In this document: in pieces, positions 17,913 to 27,550 of the stretch
Layout: the number at the start of each line of letters is the position of its first letter
Position numbering within the stretch: position 1 is the first letter of the stretch
NCBI GenBank assembly: GCA_041659685.1
Contig: JBAZXV010000006.1
Location: 2,032-66,031, forward strand
DNA from: Parcubacteria group bacterium
Lineage (GTDB): Bacteria > Patescibacteriota > Minisyncoccia > Moranbacterales > UBA11712
Direction of reading: 5' to 3'
DNA length: 64,000 bases
Notes under the pieces: model-generated
Seen by the model: the letters and a program-made list of their open reading frames with translations, nothing else
Told to the model about the DNA's origin: nothing
Database searches by the model: none
Position numbers and translations under genes: made by a program

Positions 17913-19190
17913 CTATTTAATGCTTTCCAGGAGTTGAAAAACCTTCTCGTTGGTCAGCATGCCTTTCGTGTAATCGTATAACTTTGCCATGTCGACGCTT
18001 TTTTCCATTTCGGGAAAACTTTTGTAGTAAGCGAGAACTTTATTCATTTCTTCTTCGATTTCTTTGCTGTCGATTTCAATCTGTTCTGCTTTCGCAATTT
18101 CGCGCAAAGCCAAAGCGGCTTTAACTCTTTTCTCGGCTGTTTCCCGCCAATTATCCAGGAGTTCTTTTTTTGTCTTCTTTATCTGCTCCAGATAAGAATC
18201 AAAGTTCAACCCCATTTGAGCGATATTCTGCTCGAATTCAGCCGTCATTTTTTCAAGCTCTCCTTTGATAAGTATTTCAGGCACTTCTATTTGGCTATTA
18301 TCAACAATTTCTTCGATTGCCTTCGTTCTCCACTCCTCTTTGTTTTTTTTCTTTTGCTCCGATTCCATTCCCTCTTTTACACTGGCCTTCAGCTTTTCCA
18401 GATTTTCAAAATTACCGAGACTTTTCGCAAATTCATCATTAATTTCGGGAACCTCTTTTTCCTGAACAAGGTTTACCTTTACCTTAAAATCAGCTTCTTT
18501 TCCGGCCAAGTCTTTCTTGTGGTAGTCTTTCGGAAAATCGAGCTTAAATTCTTTCTCGTCCCCTTCCTTCATTCCAATTAAGTTGTCTTCAAAGCCGGGA
18601 ATAAAATAATCCTCTCCGACAGTAAGCGGGTGGTTCTTGCTTGTTCCGCCCTCGATTGTTTTGCCTCCGATCTTAACCTCAAAGTCTATTTCGGCTCTAT
18701 CCCCTTTTTTAATCGGCCGGTTAACAGTAATTAGCTTTGCCCGGTTTCCGGCCAGATTTTTGAGTTCCCCTTCCACCTGTTCAGCCGTGATTTCTTTATC
18801 TTCTTCCTTCTTTATCTTCTTTATTTCTTTTCTGTGATTTCCCAGAGTTATCTCGGGCATAACGCTGACAACTGCCTTGTATTCCAGATCGTTGCCTGGA
18901 GCGATTTTAGTGATCGTTATCTTCGGTTCGCCTATTGTTTCGATCTTTTCTTTTACTACGAAGTCTGCGTAGGTTTTTTTCACCGCTTTCTCGGCTGCGT
19001 GGGCCAAAACTTTTTCAGTTCCCACCTTTTGCTCCACAATTTTCCGGGGAGCTTTTCCGGGGCGAAAGCCATCGGCTTTGATGTCTTTCGAAATTTCTTC
19101 CGCTGCATGATCAAGGTAAGTTTCGAGATCTTTTGCCGGAACGGAAATGTCTATTTCAATTTGAGAATTAGGAAGTTTTTTTATCTGCAT
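17913..19190 (-). CDS. tig: Trigger factor
   Basis: 425 aa; N-terminal ribosome-binding domain with GFRPGKAPRKIVE signature; PPIase and C-terminal domains; upstream of clpP as in many bacteria. Confidence 0.85.
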   Translation of the reverse strand: MQIKKLPNSQIEIDISVPAKDLETYLDHAAEEISKDIKADGFRPGKAPRKIVEQKVGTEKVLAHAAEKAVKKTYADFVVKEKIETIGEPKITITKIAPGNDLEYKAVVSVMPEITLGNHRKEIKKIKKEEDKEITAEQVEGELKNLAGNRAKLITVNRPIKKGDRAEIDFEVKIGGKTIEGGTSKNHPLTVGEDYFIPGFEDNLIGMKEGDEKEFKLDFPKDYHKKDLAGKEADFKVKVNLVQEKEVPEINDEFAKSLGNFENLEKLKASVKEGMESEQKKKNKEEWRTKAIEEIVDNSQIEVPEILIKGELEKMTAEFEQNIAQMGLNFDSYLEQIKKTKKELLDNWRETAEKRVKAALALREIAKAEQIEIDSKEIEEEMNKVLAYYKSFPEMEKSVDMAKLYDYTKGMLTNEKVFQLLESIK

Positions 19191-19723
19191 TATTTTTTAA
19201 ATTTCTTATTATAAAGTTCAACGCTCTTTTTGACTGCTTCAAACGCTTTTTCTTTTCCTTCCGTTCCATCAATAGTAACCACTTTGTCCTCGATGGATTT
19301 ATATGTTTCGAAAAAATGCTTTATTTCCTTTATGGTATAAGGATTAATATCACCGAGGTCGTTTACGTTTTCCCATCGAGGATCCTTCACCGGAACGGCG
19401 ATAATCTTATCATCCGATTCCCCGCTGTCAACCATGTGCATAATCGCTACCGGCCTAACCTTGAGAAGTATACCGGGATGGATCGGATAAGTCGCCAGGA
19501 CAACGATATCCAGAGCATCTCCGTCTTCCCAGAGCGTTTGAGGGGCAAATCCGTAATCGAAGGGGAAGTCCTGGGCGGTCTTCATGGCTCTGTCAAGCTT
19601 TATGAGGCCGGTTTCCTTATCGATCTCATACTTGTTTTTTGATCCCTTGGGATTTTCAATGATGACATTAAACTCTTCAGGAGCTTTTTCTCCAAGCGGT
19701 AAATCGTGCCAAAGATTAGTCAT
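19190..19723 (-). CDS. ppa: Inorganic pyrophosphatase
   Basis: 177 aa; family I PPase motifs (NVIIENPKGSKNKYEIDKETG..., DGDALDIVVL). Confidence 0.85.
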   Translation of the reverse strand: MTNLWHDLPLGEKAPEEFNVIIENPKGSKNKYEIDKETGLIKLDRAMKTAQDFPFDYGFAPQTLWEDGDALDIVVLATYPIHPGILLKVRPVAIMHMVDSGESDDKIIAVPVKDPRWENVNDLGDINPYTIKEIKHFFETYKSIEDKVVTIDGTEGKEKAFEAVKKSVELYNKKFKK

Positions 19724-19743
19724 TTTTTTAAATTTAATATTTA

Positions 19744-21095
19744 TTATTTTTCGTCTTTTCCTTTTTCCGGATCATTTTTATCGGATTCTTTGTCACTTTT
19801 TTTTAACTTCGTTTCTTTTTTCTTCTTTTTCTCTCCCGGCTCCCCCTTGTCTTTTGCGCTGATATCTTTATCCTCAGAATCTTCCGAATCAGTTGCCGGC
19901 TCTTTTTCCTCATTCTTTTCTTCGCCGGACAATACGTCTATTTTCCAGCCGGTTAGTTTTGCCGCGAGTCTGACGTTTTGTCCTTGTTTTCCTATGGCAA
20001 GCGATAATTGATCGGATGGGACAGTTACGCGGGCTTCTTTTTTTGCTTCATTAATGCTGACGCCCAGAACTTTTGCCGGCGAAAGGGCGTTGGAAATGAA
20101 TTTCGCCACGTCGTCGTTCCACTCGATGATATCAATTTTCTCTCCTCCAAGTTCATCAATAACAGCCTGGACCCGTGTCCCCTTTTGTCCGACACAGGAT
20201 CCGATAGGGTCAATTCCTTCTTCGGTTGAGGCCACGGCTATTTTGGTGCGCGAACCGGCTTCTCTTGCCATTGCCTTTATTTCAACCGTTCCGGCAAAAA
20301 TTTCGGGTACCTCTATTTCAAAAAGTTTTTGCACCAGCGCCGGATGCGAACGGGAAAGAACAATTCCCGGACCTTTGGGATCAGCCTCGACTTTCATAAT
20401 ATAAACCTTGAGTCTTTGTCCGAGCCGATATCTTTCGCCCTCTACTTGTTCGGAAGGGAAAAGAACGCCTGTTGATTTTCCGAGATCAACAAAAATGTTG
20501 CGTCCTTCGATTCTTTGAATTATGCCGCTTAATACCTCGCCTTCTTTTTGCTTGTATTCGTCATACATGGCATCACGTTCCGCCTCTCTTATTTTTTGGA
20601 TAATAACTTGTTTGGCAGTTTGCGCGGCAACCCTTCCATAATCGTTTTTTGGTTCAAGTTTTTCCTCAATAATATCTCCCACCTTGGCATCTTTCTTTGC
20701 TTTTTGGGCCTCTCCCAGGGTAAGATCTCTCTCAGGGTTATAGCGGGGAATCTTAATTTGACCTTCCTCGATTTTTTCTTCATTTTTCGCAATTTCTTCC
20801 GGTGCAGATTCCTTGTCTTCCTCAGTTTCGAAAACGCGGGTAGATTCATCAACAACCTCCTTTACCAAATAAAATCGGCTCCGCCAGTAATTTCGTTGAA
20901 CTGAGCCCGGATGTGCTGGCCGCGCCGGCCGTAATCTTTCTTATAAGCAGCCGCCAGGGCAGATTCAATTGCCTCAACGACCTTATCTTTGGATATTCCT
21001 TTTTCTTCGCAAATTTGAGCGATAGCGCTTCCAAACTGGCCAAGGCGGCCGGCTGATTGCGAATCTTCCGTATTAATTTTTTTTCGTTTAGCCAT
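19744..21095 (-). CDS. nusA: Transcription termination/antitermination factor NusA, split into two ORFs (20862-21095 N-terminal domain part 1; 19744-20868 rest) by an apparent frameshift
   Basis: The upstream 77-aa ORF ends GADFIW-stop. The downstream ORF (TTG start) begins VKEVVDE. Together they align to the E. coli NusA NTD segment GDFDTFRRWLVVDEV, followed by S1 and two KH domains and a K/E-rich tail. The frames differ by one nucleotide at about 20862-20868. Confidence 0.75.
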
Positions 21096-21223
21096 ATTTC
21101 AATGTTAAAAGTAAAAATGAAGAGGAACAAAATGAATGTTTTTCCCCTTTATTTTTGCTTTTTATTTTTAAATAAAAAGTCCGATCGCTCGGACACAAAC
21201 CAACACTTCAGTACTAAGTACTA

Positions 21224-21251
21224 ATTTAGCGGAGAAAAATATTCTTGTCAA
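21224..21251 (-). promoter_or_regulatory. Candidate promoter for nusA operon (TTGACA-16-TAAATT on the minus strand)
   Basis: Consensus -35 and a weak -10, read on the reverse strand about 120 nt upstream of the NusA N-terminal ORF. Confidence 0.3.
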
Positions 21252-21283
21252 GAAAACCCCTGCCTGGACGGCAGGGGTTTAGA
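21252..21283 (-). terminator. Rho-independent terminator downstream of the 863-aa membrane protein gene
   Basis: AAACCCCTGCC-GTCCA-GGCAGGGGTTT followed by TTCTTG on the minus strand. Confidence 0.5.
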
Positions 21284-21308
21284 GCTGGCTGTTATTGATC
21301 CGGTTTGA

Positions 21309-23900
21309 CTAATTCTGAGGCGGATTTTGCTGTTCATTCGTATTCTCAATCGGCGTTTCCGGCGGAACAGGCTGCTGCTCGCGCTGGACAGAAGGTTGAT
21401 TTTGCTCGGACTGGCCGCTGGTGCTCTGGTTTACAGCACTTTCTTCAAGTCCGCTGAGGGCGCTTTTCCCTGCCTCCAAGTTTGAGACAATTTTTTTAAT
21501 ATCTTCGTTGTCAGGATTCAACTCAGCCACTTTTTTGAATTGTTCAAGGGCTTTTTGCTTGTTGTTTTGTTTGTCATAGATGAGGCCGAGAAAGTATCGG
21601 GCGTTGGAATAATTTTCGGCGAGTTTAACCGCCTGTTCGAGCTCCGCCTTGGCCTGGTCGTATTTTTCCGCTTTATAATAGAAAACTCCAAGCTGGAAAA
21701 TGATGCCCACATCCTGAGAATTCATTTGCTTGCTTTCTTCCAACTTTGCAATGGCTTCATCAATTTTACCGAGTCTGTCGAGAGTTACGGCAATCATAAA
21801 CTGGGCGGGAATGTAGTTGTTTTTTGCATCAACAGCTTTCTCGAAGTTCTGCTGAGCCGAGACAATGTACTCTTTTGCCTTATCGGAAAGCTGGGGAGTC
21901 TTGCCGGATCCTTGCTGCTGGCTGGAGTTTTTTGCGGTATCGAGATCAGCCATCATGAGATATATTTGACCGATTTGGTAATAACTCGAAGGATTTTTCG
22001 GATCGTATTTCAACGATTCCAAATATTCATCTCGCGAGGCTTCGTCGGCTCCGTCTTTTGACCCGATTACATTTTGGTTGATTTGGGCGAGTTGAACGAT
22101 ATTGTCAGGATTTTTTTGATTCAAGCTGATAGCCGTTTGGGCTTCTTGTTCGGCGGCGAAATACAAGTTGCTGATTTCCGCCCGGTCATTTTCGGATAAG
22201 TTTTCTGCTCCTTTTTGGGAAATTCTGTCATTAAGGGCGGCAAATAATGCGACAGAAAGATTGCGATGATAGAGATCGCGGTTTGGGTCAAGATTAACCA
22301 CCCGGGAAAGTTTATTCACAAGATCGTCAACCTTGGCTCCCTGTACATCGCTCGCCAGGGCTTTATTGTATGCAACAGCCGCAACATATCTTTGACCCTC
22401 AAGAAAGATGAGCGAGATAAATCCGACGATGATCAAAACAAAAACAAATGAAAGAATGAGAGATACGCGCGGGGAACTGGTTTCGCTGATAATTTCCTCT
22501 TTTTTCTGGAAAAACAGGGAGGTCAGAACAATTATGGAAGCCGTAGCCACCCACCACATGAAATCGACGGTAATGTTCGACGGGTAAAGGAAATAAACCA
22601 GAGTAAGATAGAACCACATAGCTGTGAGGCCAATAAGCATATATGTTCCTTCCTGGTTTTTTCCGAATATCTTTACGAATGAAGAGAATATATACACCAG
22701 AACTGATCCAATCAGAAAAAGAAACGCAATCGCTCCGAGAAAGCCGGTTGTGGTGGCTATGGTGAAAAATCTGCTGCTGGCCTCGTTGAATTTAACCGAC
22801 CAAAAATTAGTAAGGTTGATTTCGTTCGGCTTGCTTTTCAGGTAAGCCAAATCATAAGAAGACATTCCGGGCCCAAGAAGAAAGTCATCCTTCCAGGCTC
22901 CTTTCATGACGTCATAAGAGGCGCTTGATGACAGTCCCACTTCTACCGGAAGCTGCGCCCTTACAATTGATCCTCTTTTTCCAATAAGAGTTGCGAGCAG
23001 GATCAGGGTTAAAACTACCATAGGGAATATTAAGGCCCGATTTTTTTCTTCATTTCCGCTTGTCATGATTGCTAGCCCGAGAAGAATAGCCATGCCAATC
23101 AAGAACACGATGAGAGAAGTTCCGAAATTTACCATTATAATGGTAAAGATAAAGATCAAGGAGAAAATAATAAGAGCAATTTTAACCGGAAGGGATTGCT
23201 TCTCGAGAAGCATCGCAACCGTAAGAATCAGAATGGCTCCTACGAAAATAGCCAGAGCATAAACAGATCCTACGGAATTAAATGAATTTTGGGCGACAGC
23301 CTGATTTTTAAAGATGAACTTTCCAAATATTTGAAATATTGCGTAAATATTGGCAATGGCGGATGATCCGATGATAGTCAAGGCCAGAACATTTATTTTT
23401 TTTCTGGTGTTGAAATTATTCGTGACTACCAAAAATAACGCGATCAGCGCGACAATAGAAACCAGAGACATACTCTCTGTTCCAAAGCTTCCCCACATGC
23501 TCTGGTCCCGATAAATAGAGAAAACAGTATTAAGCGCCAAAATGAAGAGCAGTAATAGTATAGGAATAAGAAGGAAGTTTTTCTTTACTCGAATTTTTCC
23601 TTCCCAAGCAAGTTTTCCAACCCATGCCAAAAAAGCAATCCCTCCGAGAACAACGATCAGTATTTGCTTATTGAGCTCAAGTACGCTTGGAACAATCGGG
23701 AGAAAGAAGATCGGCACCAGGAAAGCGAGAAGATAAACCGCACCTGATATAATCCAGTCAATAATCTTTGGCGCCTGCGCATCTTTTTTTGGCTGGGGTG
23801 AACTTGGCGCGTTGGTCCCCTCTTCTCTTTGGCCAGCATAACGTTCCGCCGGCCTTCTCGGAGAAAGAAATTCTCCCGATCTTTTCAGATTGATTTTCAT
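21309..23900 (-). CDS. Polytopic membrane protein (O-antigen ligase/polymerase-like) with C-terminal TPR repeats
   Basis: 863 aa; more than 12 predicted TM helices in the N-terminal 500 aa; C-terminal tandem TPR-like repeats (YYKAEKYDQAKAELEQAVKLAENYSNARYFLGLIYDKQNNKQKALEQFKKVAELNPDNEDI); Q/P-rich extreme C-terminus. Confidence 0.45.
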   Translation of the reverse strand: MKINLKRSGEFLSPRRPAERYAGQREEGTNAPSSPQPKKDAQAPKIIDWIISGAVYLLAFLVPIFFLPIVPSVLELNKQILIVVLGGIAFLAWVGKLAWEGKIRVKKNFLLIPILLLLFILALNTVFSIYRDQSMWGSFGTESMSLVSIVALIALFLVVTNNFNTRKKINVLALTIIGSSAIANIYAIFQIFGKFIFKNQAVAQNSFNSVGSVYALAIFVGAILILTVAMLLEKQSLPVKIALIIFSLIFIFTIIMVNFGTSLIVFLIGMAILLGLAIMTSGNEEKNRALIFPMVVLTLILLATLIGKRGSIVRAQLPVEVGLSSSASYDVMKGAWKDDFLLGPGMSSYDLAYLKSKPNEINLTNFWSVKFNEASSRFFTIATTTGFLGAIAFLFLIGSVLVYIFSSFVKIFGKNQEGTYMLIGLTAMWFYLTLVYFLYPSNITVDFMWWVATASIIVLTSLFFQKKEEIISETSSPRVSLILSFVFVLIIVGFISLIFLEGQRYVAAVAYNKALASDVQGAKVDDLVNKLSRVVNLDPNRDLYHRNLSVALFAALNDRISQKGAENLSENDRAEISNLYFAAEQEAQTAISLNQKNPDNIVQLAQINQNVIGSKDGADEASRDEYLESLKYDPKNPSSYYQIGQIYLMMADLDTAKNSSQQQGSGKTPQLSDKAKEYIVSAQQNFEKAVDAKNNYIPAQFMIAVTLDRLGKIDEAIAKLEESKQMNSQDVGIIFQLGVFYYKAEKYDQAKAELEQAVKLAENYSNARYFLGLIYDKQNNKQKALEQFKKVAELNPDNEDIKKIVSNLEAGKSALSGLEESAVNQSTSGQSEQNQPSVQREQQPVPPETPIENTNEQQNPPQN

Positions 23901-24130
23901 TTTAATCTTTATTATTAATTATGATATTAAATTTATGGACAAAATTAACACCCCGCAATTATCGCAAGACATGGGTGAATATTAATAGATATATTTCTTT
24001 TTATTTCTGTTCTCCCACGCCAATATACGGGGCTCGTTAGGGTAATTATAGCAACTAAAAATATTTTGTCCAACACTCATGGATTTTGATATTTTGAGGG
24101 TTGAGAAAGTATATATTGACCGCATCTAAA

Positions 24131-25603
24131 CTAGCGCATGCTAGCGTGAAAAAATTTTTCTGCCGATAATTTAAGAAAAATTATTGGGATAAAGAAAACA
24201 ATCATTCCAAGCTTAATATCCCAAAAATAGTGATCAAACAAGGAAATGAAAAGAAAAGAAAATATAATACAATAAAAAGATAAGTATGTCAACTCTCCAT
24301 ATGATATGCTTTTTCTATTGATCTTCGGCCTCATGGTCACAGAAAAGAAAAGGAGTAAGAATATAACCCCAACGATTCCTAGCTCGCTAAAGACTAATAG
24401 GTAGATATTGTGAACGGGTTGGTATTGCCATCCTTCCATGTCTGGATATTTTTTAAATTCGCCAAAAACAAATTGCCCTATGCCGATTCCTGTCAGTGGA
24501 TGGTGAGAAATTGTTTCATATGAAACACGTTGGTATAAATTTCTTTCTTCAAGTGACTGCGTAGAAAATATTGAAGTTGCATTGATATGTGATTGGGCAA
24601 AGAATGTAACGGAGATTATTAAGATAAATATTAACACGATAATCTCACGCCGAAATATTTTTTTGAACAGCAATTTTCTGAACCAAAGAAGGCCAAGTAT
24701 CAGGCCAAGCAGGAGTCCAATAATTGCAGATCTCGAAAATGTTAATAATAATCCCATTAATAAGATTGCAAAGGTGATGACCAAGAATTGAGTTGGTATG
24801 TGATAAAAAAAAGTTCCACGTGAAACTTCCATATTGTTTTTTGCAAATACAAGACGTTTTAGCAGTAATGACAAAATAAAGAAAATTGTGATTATCAAAA
24901 AACCAGCTAAAATATTGGGATGCGGAAATGTTCCGTAGGCGCGAATATGCTTTTCTCCCCGTATGATTATTTTTGCTACCCCTTCGATGTTGCTGGCCAA
25001 AATACTCTCGCCCATCCAATGGATTCCGACTGATCTATTGAGGAAAAATTGTGCACTGCCTAAAATAGACTGAAAAAGACCGTTAATGATTAACGCCAAG
25101 AAGGCTACGTCGATCCAATTCGAGTTTTTTAGCGATTTAATGCTGATATAAGAGAAAACCAATATCTCTAAAAATGTTGAGAATCTGTAAAGCGCAAAGG
25201 CCTTATTTTGGGACCAAGAAATTGAGATTCCCATCCAAAAGATAAATACAGTTAACAATAATGTTTCACGTGAAACATTATTTAAACACTGTATTACACT
25301 TGATATAAATCGTATTACGTGGTCTAATAATGAATTATCAGATAAATCCCATACAAATTGACTATACAACCATTTTATAGTATAAATAATTATAACGGCC
25401 AACATCAGAAAATCCGCCCAACCAAGACTAGGCGTCAGGTATTCATTGAATGTTCCATCGAGAAAAGAATAAGGCGTTAAAAAAACCTTACGGATATTGA
25501 AAGAGAAAGCGGCCAAAAACAAAATGATCAAAATTTTTTCCGCATTTTGCCGGAAATACTGAAAATTTACGCGAATATTGCCCATATAAAATAAGTCTAG
25601 CAT
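24131..25603 (-). CDS. O-antigen ligase family-like polytopic membrane protein
   Basis: 490 aa; about 12 TM helices; central loop with RSAIIGLLLG-type region as in Wzy/WaaL-like proteins. Confidence 0.4.
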   Translation of the reverse strand: MLDLFYMGNIRVNFQYFRQNAEKILIILFLAAFSFNIRKVFLTPYSFLDGTFNEYLTPSLGWADFLMLAVIIIYTIKWLYSQFVWDLSDNSLLDHVIRFISSVIQCLNNVSRETLLLTVFIFWMGISISWSQNKAFALYRFSTFLEILVFSYISIKSLKNSNWIDVAFLALIINGLFQSILGSAQFFLNRSVGIHWMGESILASNIEGVAKIIIRGEKHIRAYGTFPHPNILAGFLIITIFFILSLLLKRLVFAKNNMEVSRGTFFYHIPTQFLVITFAILLMGLLLTFSRSAIIGLLLGLILGLLWFRKLLFKKIFRREIIVLIFILIISVTFFAQSHINATSIFSTQSLEERNLYQRVSYETISHHPLTGIGIGQFVFGEFKKYPDMEGWQYQPVHNIYLLVFSELGIVGVIFLLLFFSVTMRPKINRKSISYGELTYLSFYCIIFSFLFISLFDHYFWDIKLGMIVFFIPIIFLKLSAEKFFHASMR

Positions 25604-25661
25604 AATAATATTGACTTAAGAAAATATTTCACATTGATAGGTTCTATGGTACGATGCTTAT

Positions 25662-26342
25662 ATGAAGCGACCGAATGTGAAACAAAAAGTCTTAGAGCTT
25701 AGAAAAAGAGGAAAAACTTATAAGGAAATTTTGAATGCTTTAAAAGTCGATGTGCCTAAAAGCACTTTGTCTTGCTGGTGCCGTTCAATATTTTTGCCAA
25801 GCGGTTATCGAAGAAAAGTGCGTAAATATAATTTAATTAATTTGGAGAAAGCCCGAAAAATAGCGTTGCTGGTTAGAAAGAAAAAAAGATATGCTTATCT
25901 TGAGTTGCTGAAAAACCGCAATGTTCATCTTTCAAAATTGATACAAAATAGAAACATTGCAAAAATAGCACTTGCATCGTTATATCTCGGAGAGGGGCAG
26001 GGAAACATAAAAAGAGGTTCTTTGATGTTTGGGAATTCCAATCCATTAATAATAAAATTATTTCTTAATCTCTTGAGGCGCTGTTATGATATTGACGAAA
26101 AAAAATTTCGTTGCACGCTTCAATGCAGGGCTGATCAAAATGTTAAAAAATTGGAAATATTTTGGTCACATGCAACCGGAATTTCTGCTGGTCAATTCTA
26201 CAAAGCGCAGATAGATCCCCGTACTAAAGGTAAACCTTCAAAAAAATTAGACTATAAGGGAGTTTGCAGAATAGATTATTTTTCGGCAGAGATATTGATT
26301 GAGTTATTGCAAATTCCCGAAATAATTGGTAGGTTGATGTAA
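25662..26342 (+). CDS. HTH-domain protein with LAGLIDADG-like motif (paralog A); possible free-standing homing-endonuclease-like protein
   Basis: 226 aa. N-terminal HTH (QKVLELRKRGKTYKEILNALKVDVPKSTLSCW); LASLYLGEGQGN followed by SNPLIIKLFLNLL, resembling a single LAGLIDADG motif and its following helix. Paralogous to 26765-27475. Ends 7 nt before tRNA-Ala. Confidence 0.4.
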   Translation: MKRPNVKQKVLELRKRGKTYKEILNALKVDVPKSTLSCWCRSIFLPSGYRRKVRKYNLINLEKARKIALLVRKKKRYAYLELLKNRNVHLSKLIQNRNIAKIALASLYLGEGQGNIKRGSLMFGNSNPLIIKLFLNLLRRCYDIDEKKFRCTLQCRADQNVKKLEIFWSHATGISAGQFYKAQIDPRTKGKPSKKLDYKGVCRIDYFSAEILIELLQIPEIIGRLM

Positions 26343-26349
26343 TGATAAA

Positions 26350-26422
26350 GGGCCGTTGGCGCAGTTGGTAGCGCGTCTCGATGGCATCGAGAAGGTCACC
26401 GGTTCAAGTCCGGTACGGTCCA
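26350..26422 (+). tRNA. tRNA-Ala (anticodon GGC)
   Basis: GGGCCGT acceptor with G3:U70; anticodon stem TCTCG/CGAGA with loop ATGGCAT; T-arm ACCGGTTCAAGTCCGGT. Confidence 0.8.
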
Positions 26423-26425
26423 CAA

Positions 26426-26764
26426 ATGCAATCAAAAAAATTTCAACGCCGAATTGAAGACTTTGTCTGTGAAAAATGCGCAGTGTTAGTCAAAGGCAAT
26501 GGATACACGGACCATTGCCCGAATTGTTTATATGGAAAACATGTGGATGTGAACCCTGGTGACCGCGCGGCCAGTTGCGGAGGAATAATGGAGCCGGTGC
26601 GGGCGGAGGTAAAAGGCGGAAAATATTTGCTATATTATATATGTAAGGAATGCGGGCATAAATTTCGGGTGAAATCATCCAAGGATGATAACTTCGAAAC
26701 GCTTGTAAAAATAAATCGAAGGGTGAACCTTTCTAGTCCAATAGATAAAGCCATCTTGTCCTAG
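26426..26764 (+). CDS. RNHCP-like zinc-ribbon protein
   Basis: Starts at the ATG at 26426 right after tRNA-Ala (the ORF-track start at 26381 lies inside the tRNA). Pattern CEKC...TDHCPNC...C...CKEC with a conserved HCP motif. Confidence 0.45.
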   Translation: MQSKKFQRRIEDFVCEKCAVLVKGNGYTDHCPNCLYGKHVDVNPGDRAASCGGIMEPVRAEVKGGKYLLYYICKECGHKFRVKSSKDDNFETLVKINRRVNLSSPIDKAILS

Positions 26765-27475
26765 TTGACTAATATGGTTCGTTATGATAAAATGGACTTA
26801 ATGGCAAAAAATCCTTTAAGTACAAATCAGATAAAAAGAATTGTCCATCTTAGGAAGCGCGGGCATAGTCTTCCTGAAATTAGAAATAAAACAGGTCACG
26901 GAAAGGCTACAATTTTCAAGTACATTCAAAATGTTGAAATTCTCCCTAGATTTATAGAGCGATGGAATAATCGTAAAAAAAGTAGTGTATCCCGGATGAT
27001 TGAAAATCAAAAAAAGGCTCGAATTGAGGCGGAAGCTGTAATTAGGGAGATAACTAGAAAGGACAAAATTCTAATCATTGGATGCTTGTATTGGGCTGAA
27101 GGGAACAAAAAAGATTTCAGCCTATCGAATACTGATCCTGTTTTAATAAAAACTTTTATAGATTATCTGTCGGAAATAGGGGTCAAAAAAAATGATTTAA
27201 GGGTAACAGTCAGGGTTTACGAGGATATAAATATAAAGAAGGCGTGTAAATTTTGGGCAAGAGTCGTAGGGATTTCAGTGAATAAAATCAGAAATATTAA
27301 CATTCTTAAGGGAAAGAAGAAGGGAAAATTAAGATATGGAATGTGTAGGATCAGAGTAGCAAAAGGGTCATATTTTTTGAAACTTCTTAGAGCAGTAAAA
27401 GACATTATTGGAGAAAATGTTATTCCTCCCCATAGTTCAACGGATCAGAACAAGGGACTCCTAAGCCCTAGATGA
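26765..27475 (+). CDS. HTH-domain protein with LAGLIDADG-like motif (paralog B)
   Basis: 236 aa; HTH (QIKRIVHLRKRGHSLPEIRNKTGHGKATI); IGCLYWAEGNKKDFSLSNTDPVLIKTFIDYL. Shares FW..GIS and GxCRI blocks with paralog A. Its last ~17 codons run into tRNA-Arg, so the functional C-terminus is probably earlier. Confidence 0.4.
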   Translation: MTNMVRYDKMDLMAKNPLSTNQIKRIVHLRKRGHSLPEIRNKTGHGKATIFKYIQNVEILPRFIERWNNRKKSSVSRMIENQKKARIEAEAVIREITRKDKILIIGCLYWAEGNKKDFSLSNTDPVLIKTFIDYLSEIGVKKNDLRVTVRVYEDINIKKACKFWARVVGISVNKIRNINILKGKKKGKLRYGMCRIRVAKGSYFLKLLRAVKDIIGENVIPPHSSTDQNKGLLSPR

Positions 27476-27498
27476 AGGTTCGATTCCTTCTGGGGAGA
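27426..27498 (+). tRNA. tRNA-Arg (anticodon CCU)
   Basis: Acceptor CTCCCCA/TGGGGAG; D-stem GTTC/GAAC; anticodon loop CTCCTAA; T-arm GAAGGTTCGATTCCTTC; discriminator A. Confidence 0.65.
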
Positions 27499-27550
27499 CA
27501 AAAAGTAATCGGGTAAAATTTCTGCCAAGGGCAAAAGATAGAGAATATAT

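Noticed and set aside
21540-22061. 173-aa plus-strand ORF inside the 863-aa membrane/TPR gene
   Set aside because: Antisense shadow ORF of the TPR-repeat region.
27426-27498. Group I or other intron in tRNA-Arg suggested by the adjacent LAGLIDADG-like ORF
   Set aside because: The tRNA-Arg cloverleaf is contiguous and complete (73 nt), and there is no intervening sequence in the anticodon loop. Same for tRNA-Ala at 26350.
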